From Enterobacter bugandensis (GTDB lineage Bacteria; Pseudomonadota; Gammaproteobacteria; Enterobacterales; Enterobacteriaceae), in NCBI GenBank assembly GCA_964290475.1, contig CAXYPO010000002.1, positions 1,561,714 to 1,593,713 on the forward strand: a DNA stretch of 32,000 nucleotides, in the 5' to 3' direction. Positions 1 to 9,423 of this stretch are shown here, piece after piece (within the stretch, counting starts at the first letter, position 1; every line of letters starts with the position of its first letter). A model generated the notes under the pieces. The model saw nothing but the letters and a program-made list of their open reading frames with translations. It had not been told where the DNA came from and ran no database searches. A program made the position numbers and the translations under genes.

Positions 1-265
1 CGACCAGGAAGATTATGCAGAGTACTTCTGTGACGCGCTGGGTACCATCCGTGACATCATCGAGCCGCGCGGCGCGGTGATCGTAGGCCACTGGCCGACC
101 GCGGGTTACCACTTCGAAGCATCTAAAGGCCTGGCAGACGACAACAACTTTGTTGGTCTGGCCATTGACGAAGACCGCCAGCCGGAGCTGACCGCTGAGC
201 GCGTAGACAAATGGGTTAAGCAGATCCGTGAAGAACTGCAGCTCGACGCCATTCTGAATGCCTGA
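1..265 (+). CDS. fldA: Flavodoxin 1, 3' partial (enters window in frame from nt 2)
   Basis: Frame 2 translates DQEDYAEYFCDALGTIRDIIEPRGA..HWPTAGYHFEASKGLADD..VGLAIDEDRQPELTAERV.KWVKQI.EEL.LD.ILNA. This matches the remembered E. coli FldA C-terminus. It sits directly upstream of fur as in K-12. Confidence 0.93.
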   Translation, partial: DQEDYAEYFCDALGTIRDIIEPRGAVIVGHWPTAGYHFEASKGLADDNNFVGLAIDEDRQPELTAERVDKWVKQIREELQLDAILNA

Positions 266-472
266 TCAAAGTGCGGCGCAGCGCTAAGGTTGCGCCGTAT
301 TGATAGGTATTATCAATCAAAATAATTGCTACAAATTTTTAACTTTTGCTTTCATACCTGTACAATAACCCAGGTCAAACGCGCCCTCCCTCATGCAACT
401 TTGTCGACGGGAGCACGTTTTTTAAGCATACTTTGCTTGAGACTTGCAGTTTTCATTTAGCCATGGCAGTTC

Positions 473-491
473 TATAATGAGACGCATTATC
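473..491 (+). promoter_or_regulatory. Fur box overlapping the fur proximal -10 (autoregulation)
   Basis: tataatgagacgcattatc matches the 19-bp Fur consensus GATAATGATAATCATTATC at about 15/19 positions. It contains a TATAAT hexamer and occupies the same position as the E. coli fur promoter operator. Confidence 0.55.
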
Positions 492-563
492 TTAAGTGCA
501 TTTTCTGTCACTTCTTCGTTTGAAGTGAATCGTTTAGCAACAGGACAGATTCCGCATGACTGA
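477..563 (+). CDS. uof: uof-like 28-codon leader ORF, translationally coupled to fur
   Basis: ATG at 477 opens MRRIILSAFSVTSSFEVNRLATGQIPHD*. Its TGA (561..563) overlaps the fur ATG (556) as gcATGACTGA. Length and overlap geometry match the E. coli 'upstream of fur' ORF that RyhB targets. Confidence 0.5.
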   Translation: MRRIILSAFSVTSSFEVNRLATGQIPHD

Positions 564-1002
564 CAACAATACCGCATTAAAGAAGGCCGGGCTGAAAGTC
601 ACGCTTCCTCGTCTTAAAATTCTGGAAGTGCTTCAGGGACCGGATAACCATCATGTCAGTGCGGAAGACTTATATAAGCGTCTTATCGACATGGGTGAAG
701 AGATTGGTCTGGCTACCGTTTATCGCGTGCTGAACCAGTTTGATGACGCCGGTATCGTAACCCGTCACAATTTCGAAGGCGGCAAATCTGTCTTCGAACT
801 GACGCAGCAACATCATCACGATCACCTGATTTGCCTCGACTGCGGCAAAGTGATCGAATTCAGTGATGACTCTATCGAATTACGCCAGCGCGAAATCGCC
901 GCACGTCACGGCATTCGTCTGACTAACCACAGCCTGTACCTCTATGGTCACTGCGCTGAAGGCGATTGCCGCGAAGACGATCGCGCACACGACGCCAAAT
1001 AA
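556..1002 (+). CDS. fur: Ferric uptake regulator Fur
   Basis: The 148-aa product is near-identical to remembered E. coli Fur (LKKAGLKVTLPRLKILEVL, HHHDHLICLDCGKVIEF). fldA is upstream. Confidence 0.98.
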   Translation: MTDNNTALKKAGLKVTLPRLKILEVLQGPDNHHVSAEDLYKRLIDMGEEIGLATVYRVLNQFDDAGIVTRHNFEGGKSVFELTQQHHHDHLICLDCGKVIEFSDDSIELRQREIAARHGIRLTNHSLYLYGHCAEGDCREDDRAHDAK

Positions 1003-1020
1003 TTCTGCTTCATACTCTGC

Positions 1021-1046
1021 GCCAGCCTGACGGCTGGCTTTTTTTT
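1021..1046 (+). terminator. Rho-independent terminator of fur
   Basis: gccagcc-tgac-ggctggc hairpin followed by T8. Confidence 0.8.
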
Positions 1047-1059
1047 GCCCTTTTTTCAT

Positions 1060-1090
1060 AAAAAAAGCCCGGCAATCTGCATTGCCGGGC
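1060..1090 (-). terminator. Rho-independent terminator of chiPQ
   Basis: On the minus strand, gcccggcaat-gcag-attgccgggc is followed by T7, 15 nt after the chiQ stop. Confidence 0.8.
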
Positions 1091-1104
1091 CTGTGGGAAA
1101 CGAC

Positions 1105-1434
1105 TTACTGATTGTTGCTGCGGATCTCCTGCCAGATCCGATCGCAGCGCGAGGCAACGTCCTGACCGTTACCGCTTTTCCGCGCCTGGATACAGGCCTG
1201 GTAATCCATCACCCGCACGTTCTCCTCTTCCGCAAAGCGGGCGTGGGCCTGCTCTTTTTTCAGCACCGTCAGCACGCTCTGGCAGGCCTCAATTTTCTCT
1301 GGCGAGCCCTCAGCGGTATTGATACAGCTGCTGTAGGCCTCCTTCAGACGTGAATCCTCTTTCGGCGCCGGTGAAGTTGCGCAGGCGGTGAGCCCTGCGG
1401 CAACAGCGGTAATAAGAAGGAATTTTTTCAACAT
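1105..1434 (-). CDS. chiQ: Small lipoprotein ChiQ (YbfN)
   Basis: 109 aa with signal peptide and lipobox (LLITAVAAGLTAC). It lies immediately downstream of chiP, as in E. coli chiPQ. Confidence 0.85.
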   Translation of the reverse strand: MLKKFLLITAVAAGLTACATSPAPKEDSRLKEAYSSCINTAEGSPEKIEACQSVLTVLKKEQAHARFAEEENVRVMDYQACIQARKSGNGQDVASRCDRIWQEIRSNNQ

Positions 1435-1458
1435 GTTATGCTCCTTGCCGTCCGTTCA

Positions 1459-2859
1459 TCAGAAAATGGTGAAGGGGGCTATAACCATAAATTTCACGTC
1501 ACGTTCATCCTGGAAGATGTTGCCGTAACCGCCCGCGTAGCTCGGTATGTCGGAGTGGTTGTCGTACTGGGTGAAGTGCAGTTTAAACAGGGTGCCTTTT
1601 GCCCGGCCATCCTGCACGGTATAGACCGCATCGAGGCTATAGGCCGACTCTTTCAGGCGATAGTTCGGATCGTAGTACGCGTCCGGGGTGGCCATGTCTG
1701 CCGGCTTAGCATCCCAGGCGTAGGCATAAGAGGCGCCCACCGCCCAGCCTGGCAGATTCCAGTTTTTCAGATCGTACATGGCGCCAAAGAAGATGGCCTT
1801 TTCACCATCGGCGTTGAAGTCGGAACGGTTATCCCACCAGATATCCAGACGACCATTAGAGGAGGCGTAGGTTGGGGTCATACGCTGCAGGAAATAGCCC
1901 TGCTGGCCGTCGGCTTTGACGTAGGTCCCTTCCAGGCGCAGATCTACCTGCCCTACTTTGTAGCCGAACGTCAGCGCCTGCAGCCAGGCGGTGCCGTCGT
2001 AAATATCGTTTACGCTACCGTTATTGGCTTTGTCGCGCGTGCCGTAGAACTGATAGCTGGTGCTTAACGGACCGCCCACCACGTCAAACTTGTAGCTGGC
2101 TTTGGCAAAGTATTGATCGATATAGCCCTCAGCCTGCCCAAAGGAGGCTTCCAGAACCAGATCGTTTTTGAAGTCATATTTTGCGCCAAGCGAGTGGAGG
2201 TAATCGACTTTCGTGGTCCGGTCATTCTGGTAGAACTTATCCATCTCTATGTGCCACGGCGATTTATATTCATTGGTCCACATATAAGAGAAGCTCAACG
2301 CCCCGCTATCGCCGTAGTCAAAACTGGCTCCCGCTTCGGCGCCCTGATAGGTTCCGGGCATAAAGCTCCAGTGCGGGGCTAACAGGGTCTGACCGGTTGG
2401 CTGAATATAGCCAGCGCGCGCCCAGACCGGACCATATTTAAATTTCGCTGCGGCTTTATACAGGCTGATACCGCTTTTATCGCCGGACCAGTCTTCATCG
2501 TAGGCTTTATTGCTGGAGGAGAAGGCAATTTCGTTCGGGTGGCCGCTGTCACCATTTTCCGCCATTTCGATAGCGGTAAAGGCGGCAATATCAATCCCGA
2601 ACATATCGGCTGCATAGCCGGACTGAAAATCGAGGTTGGCGTTCCAGGTGGAGTGAGCAAGGTTAGTTTTGTATTTGTCGTTATCGGTCACGTCTTTACG
2701 ATCGCGTTCACGCTGCCAGTAATAAATACCCCCCGTAAGCGTGGAGTCCTCGATAAAGCCTGCGGCCTGCGCCTCGGGGGCAGAGATCCAACCTGACATT
2801 GCTGTGACACCGGCAATAGCCAGCGCCAGCGCACTACGTTTGCTGCTAAACGTACGCAT
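1459..2859 (-). CDS. chiP: Chitooligosaccharide porin ChiP (YbfM, OprD family)
   Basis: 466 aa with a signal peptide ([13 protein letters not shown]), beta-barrel-type sequence and a terminal F. Position between glnS and chiQ matches K-12. Confidence 0.9.
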   Translation of the reverse strand: MRTFSSKRSALALAIAGVTAMSGWISAPEAQAAGFIEDSTLTGGIYYWQRERDRKDVTDNDKYKTNLAHSTWNANLDFQSGYAADMFGIDIAAFTAIEMAENGDSGHPNEIAFSSSNKAYDEDWSGDKSGISLYKAAAKFKYGPVWARAGYIQPTGQTLLAPHWSFMPGTYQGAEAGASFDYGDSGALSFSYMWTNEYKSPWHIEMDKFYQNDRTTKVDYLHSLGAKYDFKNDLVLEASFGQAEGYIDQYFAKASYKFDVVGGPLSTSYQFYGTRDKANNGSVNDIYDGTAWLQALTFGYKVGQVDLRLEGTYVKADGQQGYFLQRMTPTYASSNGRLDIWWDNRSDFNADGEKAIFFGAMYDLKNWNLPGWAVGASYAYAWDAKPADMATPDAYYDPNYRLKESAYSLDAVYTVQDGRAKGTLFKLHFTQYDNHSDIPSYAGGYGNIFQDERDVKFMVIAPFTIF

Positions 2860-2864
2860 AAGTT

Positions 2865-2878
2865 ATTCCTCATTGACG
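2865..2878 (-). promoter_or_regulatory. Probable ChiX sRNA pairing site over the chiP Shine-Dalgarno
   Basis: The minus-strand leader reads cgtcaatgaggaat just before the ATG. It is complementary, with one mismatch, to the remembered ChiX segment AUUCCUCUUUGACG. Confidence 0.5.
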
Positions 2879-3252
2879 AAATAAAAACGCCTGAAATGGC
2901 GTAAAAATAAAAAGACCAAAGGTCGTGGTAGCCGGAAAAATCTTCTGATTCGCCACCGCCTTTAGACTATTTTTCGCGACGCGAATTATCAACGCTTTTT
3001 AATGGGCAAAATGCAGGATTATGACGAGGTGCACATAATTGGACGTATTTTGAAACAGGCGGGGAATGGTTATTCTATTAGAAAATAATCATATTAAATT
3101 CAATGGATAAAATCCTAAGGGCTGAATAAATTATTCGATTTATCATTTAAAAGACTTTCAAGAAATTTTAAATTAAAAATAAAGTAGCAGCTCCTTGACC
3201 CACTATTTTTAATTAGATGAAAACCTCAAAAAATAAGCAGCTGATCGCAAAG

Positions 3253-3280
3253 CAAAAAAAACGCCGCAATAGCGGCGTTT
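3253..3280 (-). terminator. Rho-independent terminator of glnS
   Basis: On the minus strand, aaacgccgc-tatt-gcggcgttt is followed by T8, about 18 nt after the glnS stop. Confidence 0.85.
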
Positions 3281-3297
3281 GTCTGTGGTTGACCTGA

Positions 3298-4965
3298 TTA
3301 CTCGCCGATCTTGGTCCAGGTATCACGCAGGCCGACGGTGCGGTTAAACACCAGCTTGTCTGCGGTTGCGTAACGGCTGTCGAGGCAGAAGTAACCTTCA
3401 CGCTCGAACTGATACGCTTTACCTGCTTCAGCGCCGGCCAGCGAAGGCTCTGCGTAGCCCTGCTTGATCACCAGTGATTCCGGGTTGATGGTGGCCAGGA
3501 AGTCCTCTGCCGCGCCCGGGTTCGGAATGCTGAACAGGCGATCGTACAGGCGGATTTCAACCGGCAGCGCATGTGCGGCGCTTACCCAATGGATAACGCC
3601 CTTCACCTTGCGACCATCGGCCGGATCTTTGCTCAGGGTCTCGGCGTCGTAAGAGCAGAAGATAGTGGTGATGTTACCTTCTGCATCTTTCTCTACGCGC
3701 TCGGCTTTAATCACGTACGCATTACGCAGACGCACTTCTTTGCCCAGCACCAGACGCTTGTACTGCTTGTTGGCCTCTTCGCGGAAGTCAGCGCGATCGA
3801 TCCAGATCTCGGCGCTGAACGGCACCTCGCGGTTACCCATCTCCGGTTTGTTGGGATGATTGGGCATAGAGACCATTTCACTCTCGCCCTGCGGGTAGTT
3901 TTCGATAACCAGCTTAACCGGATCGATTACTGCCATGGCGCGCGGTGCGTTCTCGTTGAGATCTTCGCGGATGCAGGATTCCAGCGACGCCATCTCAATG
4001 GTGTTGTCCTGCTTGGTTACGCCGATGCGCTTGCAGAACTCACGGATGGAGGCAGCGGTGTAACCACGGCGACGCAGACCAGAGATGGTCGGCATACGCG
4101 GGTCATCCCAGCCTTCAACGTGCTTGTCGGTGACCAGCAGGTTCAGCTTACGCTTGGACATCACCGTGTATTCCAGATTCAGACGAGAGAACTCGTACTG
4201 ACGCGGATGTACAGGAATGGTGATGTTATCCAGCACCCAGTCGTACAGACGGCGGTTGTCCTGGAACTCCAGAGTACAGAGCGAGTGGGTAATGCCTTCC
4301 AGCGCATCGCTGATGCAGTGGGTGAAGTCGTACATCGGATAGATGCACCACTTGTTGCCGGTCTGGTGGTGTTCCGCGAACTTAATGCGGTACAGCACCG
4401 GGTCACGCATCACGATAAACGGCGAAGCCATGTCGATTTTGGCACGCAGACAGGCTTTGCCCTCTTCGAAGCCGCCGGCACGCATTTTTTCAAACAGCGC
4501 CAGGTTCTCTTCCACGCTGCGATCGCGGTACGGGCTGTTTTTGCCAGGAGCAGTCAGGGAGCCACGGTATTCGCGAATTTCGTCGGCAGAGAGCTCATCA
4601 ACGTAGGCGAGGCCTTTGTTGATCAATTCGACGGCATAGGCGAACAGCTGATCGAAATAGTCAGAGGAGTAGCAGATGTCGCCAGACCAGTTGAAGCCCA
4701 ACCATTGCACGTCATTCTTAATAGACTCTACGTATTCGATATCTTCTTTCACCGGGTTGGTGTCATCGAAACGCAGATTGCATTGCCCCTGGTAGTCCTG
4801 CGCGATGCCGAAGTTCAGGCAGATAGATTTCGCGTGACCAATGTGCAGGTAGCCGTTTGGCTCCGGCGGGAAGCGGGTATGGACCGTGGTGTGCTTACCA
4901 CTGGCCAGATCTTCATCGATGATCTGACGAATAAAGTTACTCGGGCGGGCTTCAGCCTCACTCAT
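3298..4965 (-). CDS. glnS: Glutaminyl-tRNA synthetase
   Basis: 555 aa with the HIGH motif ([12 protein letters not shown]) and KMSKS-type motif (VMSKRKL). Strong identity to remembered E. coli GlnRS. Confidence 0.98.
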   Translation of the reverse strand: MSEAEARPSNFIRQIIDEDLASGKHTTVHTRFPPEPNGYLHIGHAKSICLNFGIAQDYQGQCNLRFDDTNPVKEDIEYVESIKNDVQWLGFNWSGDICYSSDYFDQLFAYAVELINKGLAYVDELSADEIREYRGSLTAPGKNSPYRDRSVEENLALFEKMRAGGFEEGKACLRAKIDMASPFIVMRDPVLYRIKFAEHHQTGNKWCIYPMYDFTHCISDALEGITHSLCTLEFQDNRRLYDWVLDNITIPVHPRQYEFSRLNLEYTVMSKRKLNLLVTDKHVEGWDDPRMPTISGLRRRGYTAASIREFCKRIGVTKQDNTIEMASLESCIREDLNENAPRAMAVIDPVKLVIENYPQGESEMVSMPNHPNKPEMGNREVPFSAEIWIDRADFREEANKQYKRLVLGKEVRLRNAYVIKAERVEKDAEGNITTIFCSYDAETLSKDPADGRKVKGVIHWVSAAHALPVEIRLYDRLFSIPNPGAAEDFLATINPESLVIKQGYAEPSLAGAEAGKAYQFEREGYFCLDSRYATADKLVFNRTVGLRDTWTKIGE

Positions 4966-5075
4966 CGTGGTTTCCTCAAAGCGTAAACGACATATAACGG
5001 AATATGATCTTATAAGCCGGACGCAGTGACAACCCTTAAAGTGAGGAAGAATAAAATAATGGCGGCTTTTGCTGC

Positions 5076-5108
5076 AAAAAAAAGCGGCGGAGGTTATCCC
5101 CCGCCGCT
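5076..5108 (-). terminator. Rho-independent terminator of nagE
   Basis: On the minus strand, a GC-rich hairpin (agcggcgg...ccgccgct) is followed by T8, just downstream of the nagE stop. Confidence 0.75.
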
Positions 5109-5135
5109 TAAGGCATTTACTCTACTCAGGAGCCA

Positions 5136-7085
5136 TTACTTGCCTTTAATTTCATACAGCGGCGTCTGGCCCGCAACCACCTGACCTTTGGCCTGAATAA
5201 CCAGACCGCTGAAGTCGTCGATGTTGCTGCACACCACCGGGCTAATCATGGAGCGGGCGTTGGCGTTGAGGAAATCAAGATCCATCTCCAGCACCGGCTG
5301 ACCCGCCACCACTTCTGCGCCCTCTTCTACCAGACGCTTAAAGCCCTGACCGCCCAGCGCAACGGTGTCGATGCCCATATGGACCACGATCTCGGCGCCT
5401 TTTTCCGTTTCCAGGCAGAACGCGTGGTTAGTGTTGAAGATCTTCACGATGGTGCCCGCTGCCGGCGCAACCACGGTTTTCTCCGTTGGCTTCACGGCGA
5501 CGCCGTCGCCGACCGCTTTGCTGGCGAAGGCTTCGTCAGGTACCTGCTCCAGGGCAACAACGTCACCAGTAACAGGAGAGACCAGCGCGGCGACGGTAGT
5601 CGCATTCGCTACCGCCTGCGGTTTCACGACCGCAGCAGTGGCGGCAGGTGCGCTATCAACAGCAGCGGCAGCAACCGGGCCACGCGCCACGACTTTTTTC
5701 ATTTCGTCACCGATGGATTCGGCTTTCGCACCGACGATGACCTGGATGGTCTGTTTGTTCAGCTTAACAACACCAGAGGCCCCAAGACGTTTGCACATTG
5801 CATCGCTTACGTTCGCGGAGTCGGCCACGGTAAGACGCAGACGAGTAATACAGGCATCAATCGCTTTCAGGTTATTGGTACCGCCCACTGCTGCGATGTA
5901 ATTGGTCGCCAGCTGGGTCAGCCCTTCTTCGGTGTTGCTGTTTGCTTCTTCAGTAACGATTTCGTTGTCTTTATCTTCGCGACCTGGGGTTTTCAGGTTG
6001 AACATACGGATAACCGCAGAGAACAGAACGAAGTAGATGACGAAGAAAATCAGGCCCATCACCACCAGCATCCAGACGTTATTACTGGCCGCCGGCAGGT
6101 TGTACATCAGGACATAGTCAATTGCACCCGCAGAGAACGAGAAGCCTGCGTGAATGCCCAGCAGGGTTGCAACATAGAGGCTGATACCGGTCAGGATCGC
6201 GTGCAGGAGGTACAGCAGCGGAGCCAGGAACATGAACAGGAATTCCAGCGGCTCGGTTACGCCGGTCAGGAATGCGGTAATGGCAACAGAGAGCAGCATA
6301 CCGCCCACCATCGGACGACGTGCTTTCGGCGCGGCAAAGTACATCGCCAGCGCGGCACCCGGCAGACCAAACATCATGATAGGGAAGAAGCCGGACATGA
6401 ACATGCCCGCCGTGCCGTCACCCGCGTAGAAGCGGTTGATGTCACCGTGGAAGACCGCGCCCGCCGCGTTGGTGAATTCACCAATCTGGAACCAGGCGAT
6501 GGTGTTCAGAACCTGATGCAGACCGGTTGGGATCAGCAGACGGTTGATGAAGCCGAAGATGCCTGAACCCAGCGCGCCTTCAGAAACAATCCACTCGCCG
6601 CCGGCGTGGATAGCGTGCTGAACCGGAGGCCAGACGTAGCCAAAAATAGCCGCCAGAACCAGACAGAAGAAGCCTGTGGCAATCGGCACAAAGCGTTTGC
6701 CGCCAAAGAAGCTCAGGAAGTCAGGCAGTTTAATACCCGACCAGCGATTGTAGGCCGCACCGCCAACCAGACCGGTAATGATACCCGCCAGCACACCCAT
6801 ATTGATTTCCGGGTTGATGGTGACCATCGCTTTGGTAAGGATGAAGTAACCAACGGCACCCGCCAGGGCGGCAGCACCCGCGCTGTCTTTAGACCAGCTT
6901 GATGCAACACCGATGGCAAAAATCAGCGCCAGGTTGTCAAAGATTGCGCCGCCGGCCTGAGCGATGAAAGGCATGTTAAGCAGATCGGGCTGCCCAAAGC
7001 GCAGTAAGAGTGCTGCCACCGGCAGCACCGCGATCGGGAGCTGTAACGCCCTACCGAGTCGCTGGAAAAAACCTAAAATATTCAT
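5136..7085 (-). CDS. nagE: PTS N-acetylglucosamine-specific EIICBA component
   Basis: 649 aa. It has a polytopic EIIC N-terminus, an EIIB Cys motif (NLKAIDACITRLRL), an Ala/Pro linker and an EIIA-Glc-type C-terminus (HMGIDTV). It is divergent from nagB. Confidence 0.97.
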   Translation of the reverse strand: MNILGFFQRLGRALQLPIAVLPVAALLLRFGQPDLLNMPFIAQAGGAIFDNLALIFAIGVASSWSKDSAGAAALAGAVGYFILTKAMVTINPEINMGVLAGIITGLVGGAAYNRWSGIKLPDFLSFFGGKRFVPIATGFFCLVLAAIFGYVWPPVQHAIHAGGEWIVSEGALGSGIFGFINRLLIPTGLHQVLNTIAWFQIGEFTNAAGAVFHGDINRFYAGDGTAGMFMSGFFPIMMFGLPGAALAMYFAAPKARRPMVGGMLLSVAITAFLTGVTEPLEFLFMFLAPLLYLLHAILTGISLYVATLLGIHAGFSFSAGAIDYVLMYNLPAASNNVWMLVVMGLIFFVIYFVLFSAVIRMFNLKTPGREDKDNEIVTEEANSNTEEGLTQLATNYIAAVGGTNNLKAIDACITRLRLTVADSANVSDAMCKRLGASGVVKLNKQTIQVIVGAKAESIGDEMKKVVARGPVAAAAVDSAPAATAAVVKPQAVANATTVAALVSPVTGDVVALEQVPDEAFASKAVGDGVAVKPTEKTVVAPAAGTIVKIFNTNHAFCLETEKGAEIVVHMGIDTVALGGQGFKRLVEEGAEVVAGQPVLEMDLDFLNANARSMISPVVCSNIDDFSGLVIQAKGQVVAGQTPLYEIKGK

Positions 7086-7198
7086 TGTACTCCCCCTATG
7101 AGACCCCGTTTAAGGCACGTTCTCAGCTGTGTTTTTTTATTGTGTCATTAACTATCGATAAAGTTGATGAATCACTGGCTTCCAGAGTGTGTGAAAAA

Positions 7199-7219
7199 TT
7201 AATTCGTATCGCAAATTAA
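7199..7219. promoter_or_regulatory. NagC operator, nagE-proximal (Box E type)
   Basis: Palindrome TTAATTcgtatcgcAAATTAA in the nagE-nagB divergent region. Its centre is about 93 bp from the second A/T dyad at 7292..7312, which fits the known NagC DNA-loop architecture. Confidence 0.6.
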
Positions 7220-7228
7220 ATGCGTATT

Positions 7229-7250
7229 TTTTGTGAGTTTTATCACCAAA
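7229..7250. promoter_or_regulatory. CRP-cAMP binding site between the nag operators
   Basis: TGTGA-gtttta-TCACC, a near-consensus match to TGTGA-N6-TCACA, lies between the two NagC boxes as in E. coli. Confidence 0.7.
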
Positions 7251-7291
7251 TATCGTTCTCACCCCCCATCAGGCTGGCTATCAAAGAAAAC

Positions 7292-7312
7292 TTATTTTAT
7301 CATTCAAAAAAT
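7292..7312. promoter_or_regulatory. NagC operator, nagB-proximal (Box B type)
   Basis: ttattttatcattcaaaaaat has an A/T-rich imperfect dyad (ATTTT...AAAAT) about 100 bp upstream of the nagB ATG. Confidence 0.5.
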
Positions 7313-7411
7313 CAAGACGGATTGACCCGCTCGACGTGATCCAGGTTACGCTTACATCAGGTTCAGGTGCGCCATCCGCCCACATTTCTACTTAAACTTT
7401 TGAGGTGAACA

Positions 7412-8212
7412 ATGAGACTGATTCCCCTGGCAACAGCAGAACAAGTCGGTAAATGGGCTGCACGCCATATCGTCAACCGCATTAACGCATTCAAACCTAC
7501 TGCCGATCGTCCTTTTGTGCTGGGTCTGCCTACCGGCGGTACTCCGCTGACGGCTTACAAAGCTCTGGTTGAAATGCACAAAGCGGGCCAGGTCAGCTTC
7601 AAACATGTTGTCACCTTTAACATGGACGAATACGTTGGCCTGCCGAAAGAGCACCCGGAAAGCTACCATAGCTTTATGCACCGTAATTTCTTTGATCACG
7701 TTGATATTCCGGCGGAAAATATTAATCTGCTGAATGGTAACGCGCCAGATATTGATGCAGAGTGCCGTCAATATGAAGAAAAAATCCGTGCCTACGGCAA
7801 AATTCACCTGTTTATGGGTGGCGTGGGTAACGACGGTCATATCGCGTTTAACGAGCCGGCCTCTTCGCTGGCGTCCCGTACCCGTATCAAAACCCTGACC
7901 CACGACACCCGCATCGCTAACTCCCGCTTCTTTGATGGCGATGTTAACCAGGTGCCAAAATATGCCCTGACCGTCGGCGTCGGCACGCTGCTGGATGCTG
8001 AAGAAGTAATGATCCTGGTGCTGGGCAGCGTTAAGGCGCAGGCCCTGCAGGCGGCGGTTGAAGGCAACGTGAACCATATGTGGACCATCAGCTGCCTGCA
8101 GCTGCATCCGAAAGCGGTTGTCGTCTGCGACGAGCCGTCCACCATGGAGCTGAAGGTTAAAACCCTGAAATACTTCAACGAGTTAGAAGCCGAAAACATC
8201 AAAGGTCTGTAA
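7412..8212 (+). CDS. nagB: Glucosamine-6-phosphate deaminase
   Basis: 266 aa beginning [43 protein letters not shown], near-identical to remembered E. coli NagB. Confidence 0.98.
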   Translation: MRLIPLATAEQVGKWAARHIVNRINAFKPTADRPFVLGLPTGGTPLTAYKALVEMHKAGQVSFKHVVTFNMDEYVGLPKEHPESYHSFMHRNFFDHVDIPAENINLLNGNAPDIDAECRQYEEKIRAYGKIHLFMGGVGNDGHIAFNEPASSLASRTRIKTLTHDTRIANSRFFDGDVNQVPKYALTVGVGTLLDAEEVMILVLGSVKAQALQAAVEGNVNHMWTISCLQLHPKAVVVCDEPSTMELKVKTLKYFNELEAENIKGL

Positions 8213-8216
8213 TATC

Positions 8217-8250
8217 ATCCCGTCTCAGGAGTGAGGCGGGATATTTTTTT
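8217..8250 (+). terminator. Hairpin plus T-run between nagB and nagA (partial terminator or attenuator)
   Basis: atcccgtctca-gga-gtgaggcgggat forms a stem of about 11 bp with one G.U pair. It is followed by atTTTTTTT. Confidence 0.45.
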
Positions 8251-8266
8251 AAAACCGGGGGTCAAT

Positions 8267-9415
8267 ATGTACGCTTTAACCCAGGGCCGGATTTATACCG
8301 GCTATGAAATTCTGGACGACCATGCGATCGTTATCGCTGATGGCCTGATTGAACGTGTCTGTCCGTTAAGCGAGCTGCCTGCGGGCATTGAACAACGCTC
8401 GCTCAATGGCGCAATTCTTTCCCCCGGTTTTATCGACGTGCAGCTTAACGGCTGCGGCGGCGTGCAGTTCAACGATACCGCTGAGGCCGTCACCGTTGAA
8501 ACCCTGGAGATCATGCAGAAGGCCAACGAGAAATCGGGCTGCACCAGCTATCTGCCGACGCTCATCACCACCAGCGATGAGCTGATGAAACAGGGTATCC
8601 GCGTGATGCGCGAGTATCTGGCGAAACACCCGAATCAGGCGCTGGGTCTGCACCTCGAAGGGCCCTGGCTGAATATGGTCAAGAAAGGCACCCACAACCC
8701 GAACTATGTGCGAACCCCGGACGCCGAGCTGGTGGATTACATGTGCGCCAACGCCGATGTGATTACCAAAGTGACGCTGGCGCCGGAGATGACCGGAACG
8801 GATGTGATTGCGCAGCTGGCCGCCGCGGGCATTGTGGTCTCTGCCGGACACTCCAACGCCACCCTGAAAGAGGCCAAAGCGGGCTACCGGGCGGGCATCA
8901 CCTTTGCCACCCATCTTTATAACGCGATGCCGTACATCACCGGCCGTGAGCCGGGGCTGGTAGGGGCTATTCTCGACGAGCCGGAGTGGTACTGCGGGAT
9001 TATTGCCGATGGCCTGCACGTGGATTACACCAACATCCGTAACGCCAAGCGCCTGAAGGGCGATAAGCTGTGTCTGGTAACGGACGCCACGGCACCGGCA
9101 GGTGCAAACATTGAGCAGTTCATTTTTGCTGGTAAAACAATATACTACCGGAATGGACTGTGTGTGGACGAAAACGGCACCCTGAGCGGCTCTTCGCTTA
9201 CGATGATCGAAGGGGTACGCAATCTGGTCGAGCACTGCGGTATTGCGCTGGACGAAGTGTTACGTATGGCGACACTCTACCCGGCTCGCGCCATGGGCTT
9301 CGATAAGCAGCTCGGCAGCATTGCGCCAGGCAAAGTGGCAAACCTGACCGCATTCACGCGCGATTATAAAATCATCAAGACCATCGTTAATGGTAACGAG
9401 GTCGTCACCGAGTAA
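8267..9415 (+). CDS. nagA: N-acetylglucosamine-6-phosphate deacetylase
   Basis: Start chosen at MYALTQGRI (ATG 8267), which matches the E. coli NagA N-terminus and gives 382 aa. The ORF-track start at 8231 lies inside the upstream hairpin. Confidence 0.96.
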   Translation: MYALTQGRIYTGYEILDDHAIVIADGLIERVCPLSELPAGIEQRSLNGAILSPGFIDVQLNGCGGVQFNDTAEAVTVETLEIMQKANEKSGCTSYLPTLITTSDELMKQGIRVMREYLAKHPNQALGLHLEGPWLNMVKKGTHNPNYVRTPDAELVDYMCANADVITKVTLAPEMTGTDVIAQLAAAGIVVSAGHSNATLKEAKAGYRAGITFATHLYNAMPYITGREPGLVGAILDEPEWYCGIIADGLHVDYTNIRNAKRLKGDKLCLVTDATAPAGANIEQFIFAGKTIYYRNGLCVDENGTLSGSSLTMIEGVRNLVEHCGIALDEVLRMATLYPARAMGFDKQLGSIAPGKVANLTAFTRDYKIIKTIVNGNEVVTE

Positions 9416-9423
9416 GTAAAAGT

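Noticed and set aside
300-316. Inverted repeat TTGATAggtatTATCAA in the fldA-fur spacer, considered as a second Fur box or an OxyR/SoxS-related operator.
   Set aside because: It matches only about 11/19 positions of the Fur consensus by eye. I cannot distinguish it from a chance A/T-rich dyad without a PWM scan or footprint data.
3571-4986. 471-aa ORF on the plus strand opposite glnS. Similar long antisense ORFs occur at 1438..2067, 5379..6566, 7388..8107, 8366..9235, 9883..10563, 10560..11264, 11698..12360, 15828..16529, 16887..18302, 19708..21372, 21907..22482, 23384..23929, 24256..24984, 25070..25852 and 30740..31621.
   Set aside because: Each lies entirely antisense to a confidently identified conserved gene. 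They have Arg/Gly/His/Val-rich low-complexity translations typical of shadow frames in GC-rich coding DNA. None has a recognisable motif or RBS.
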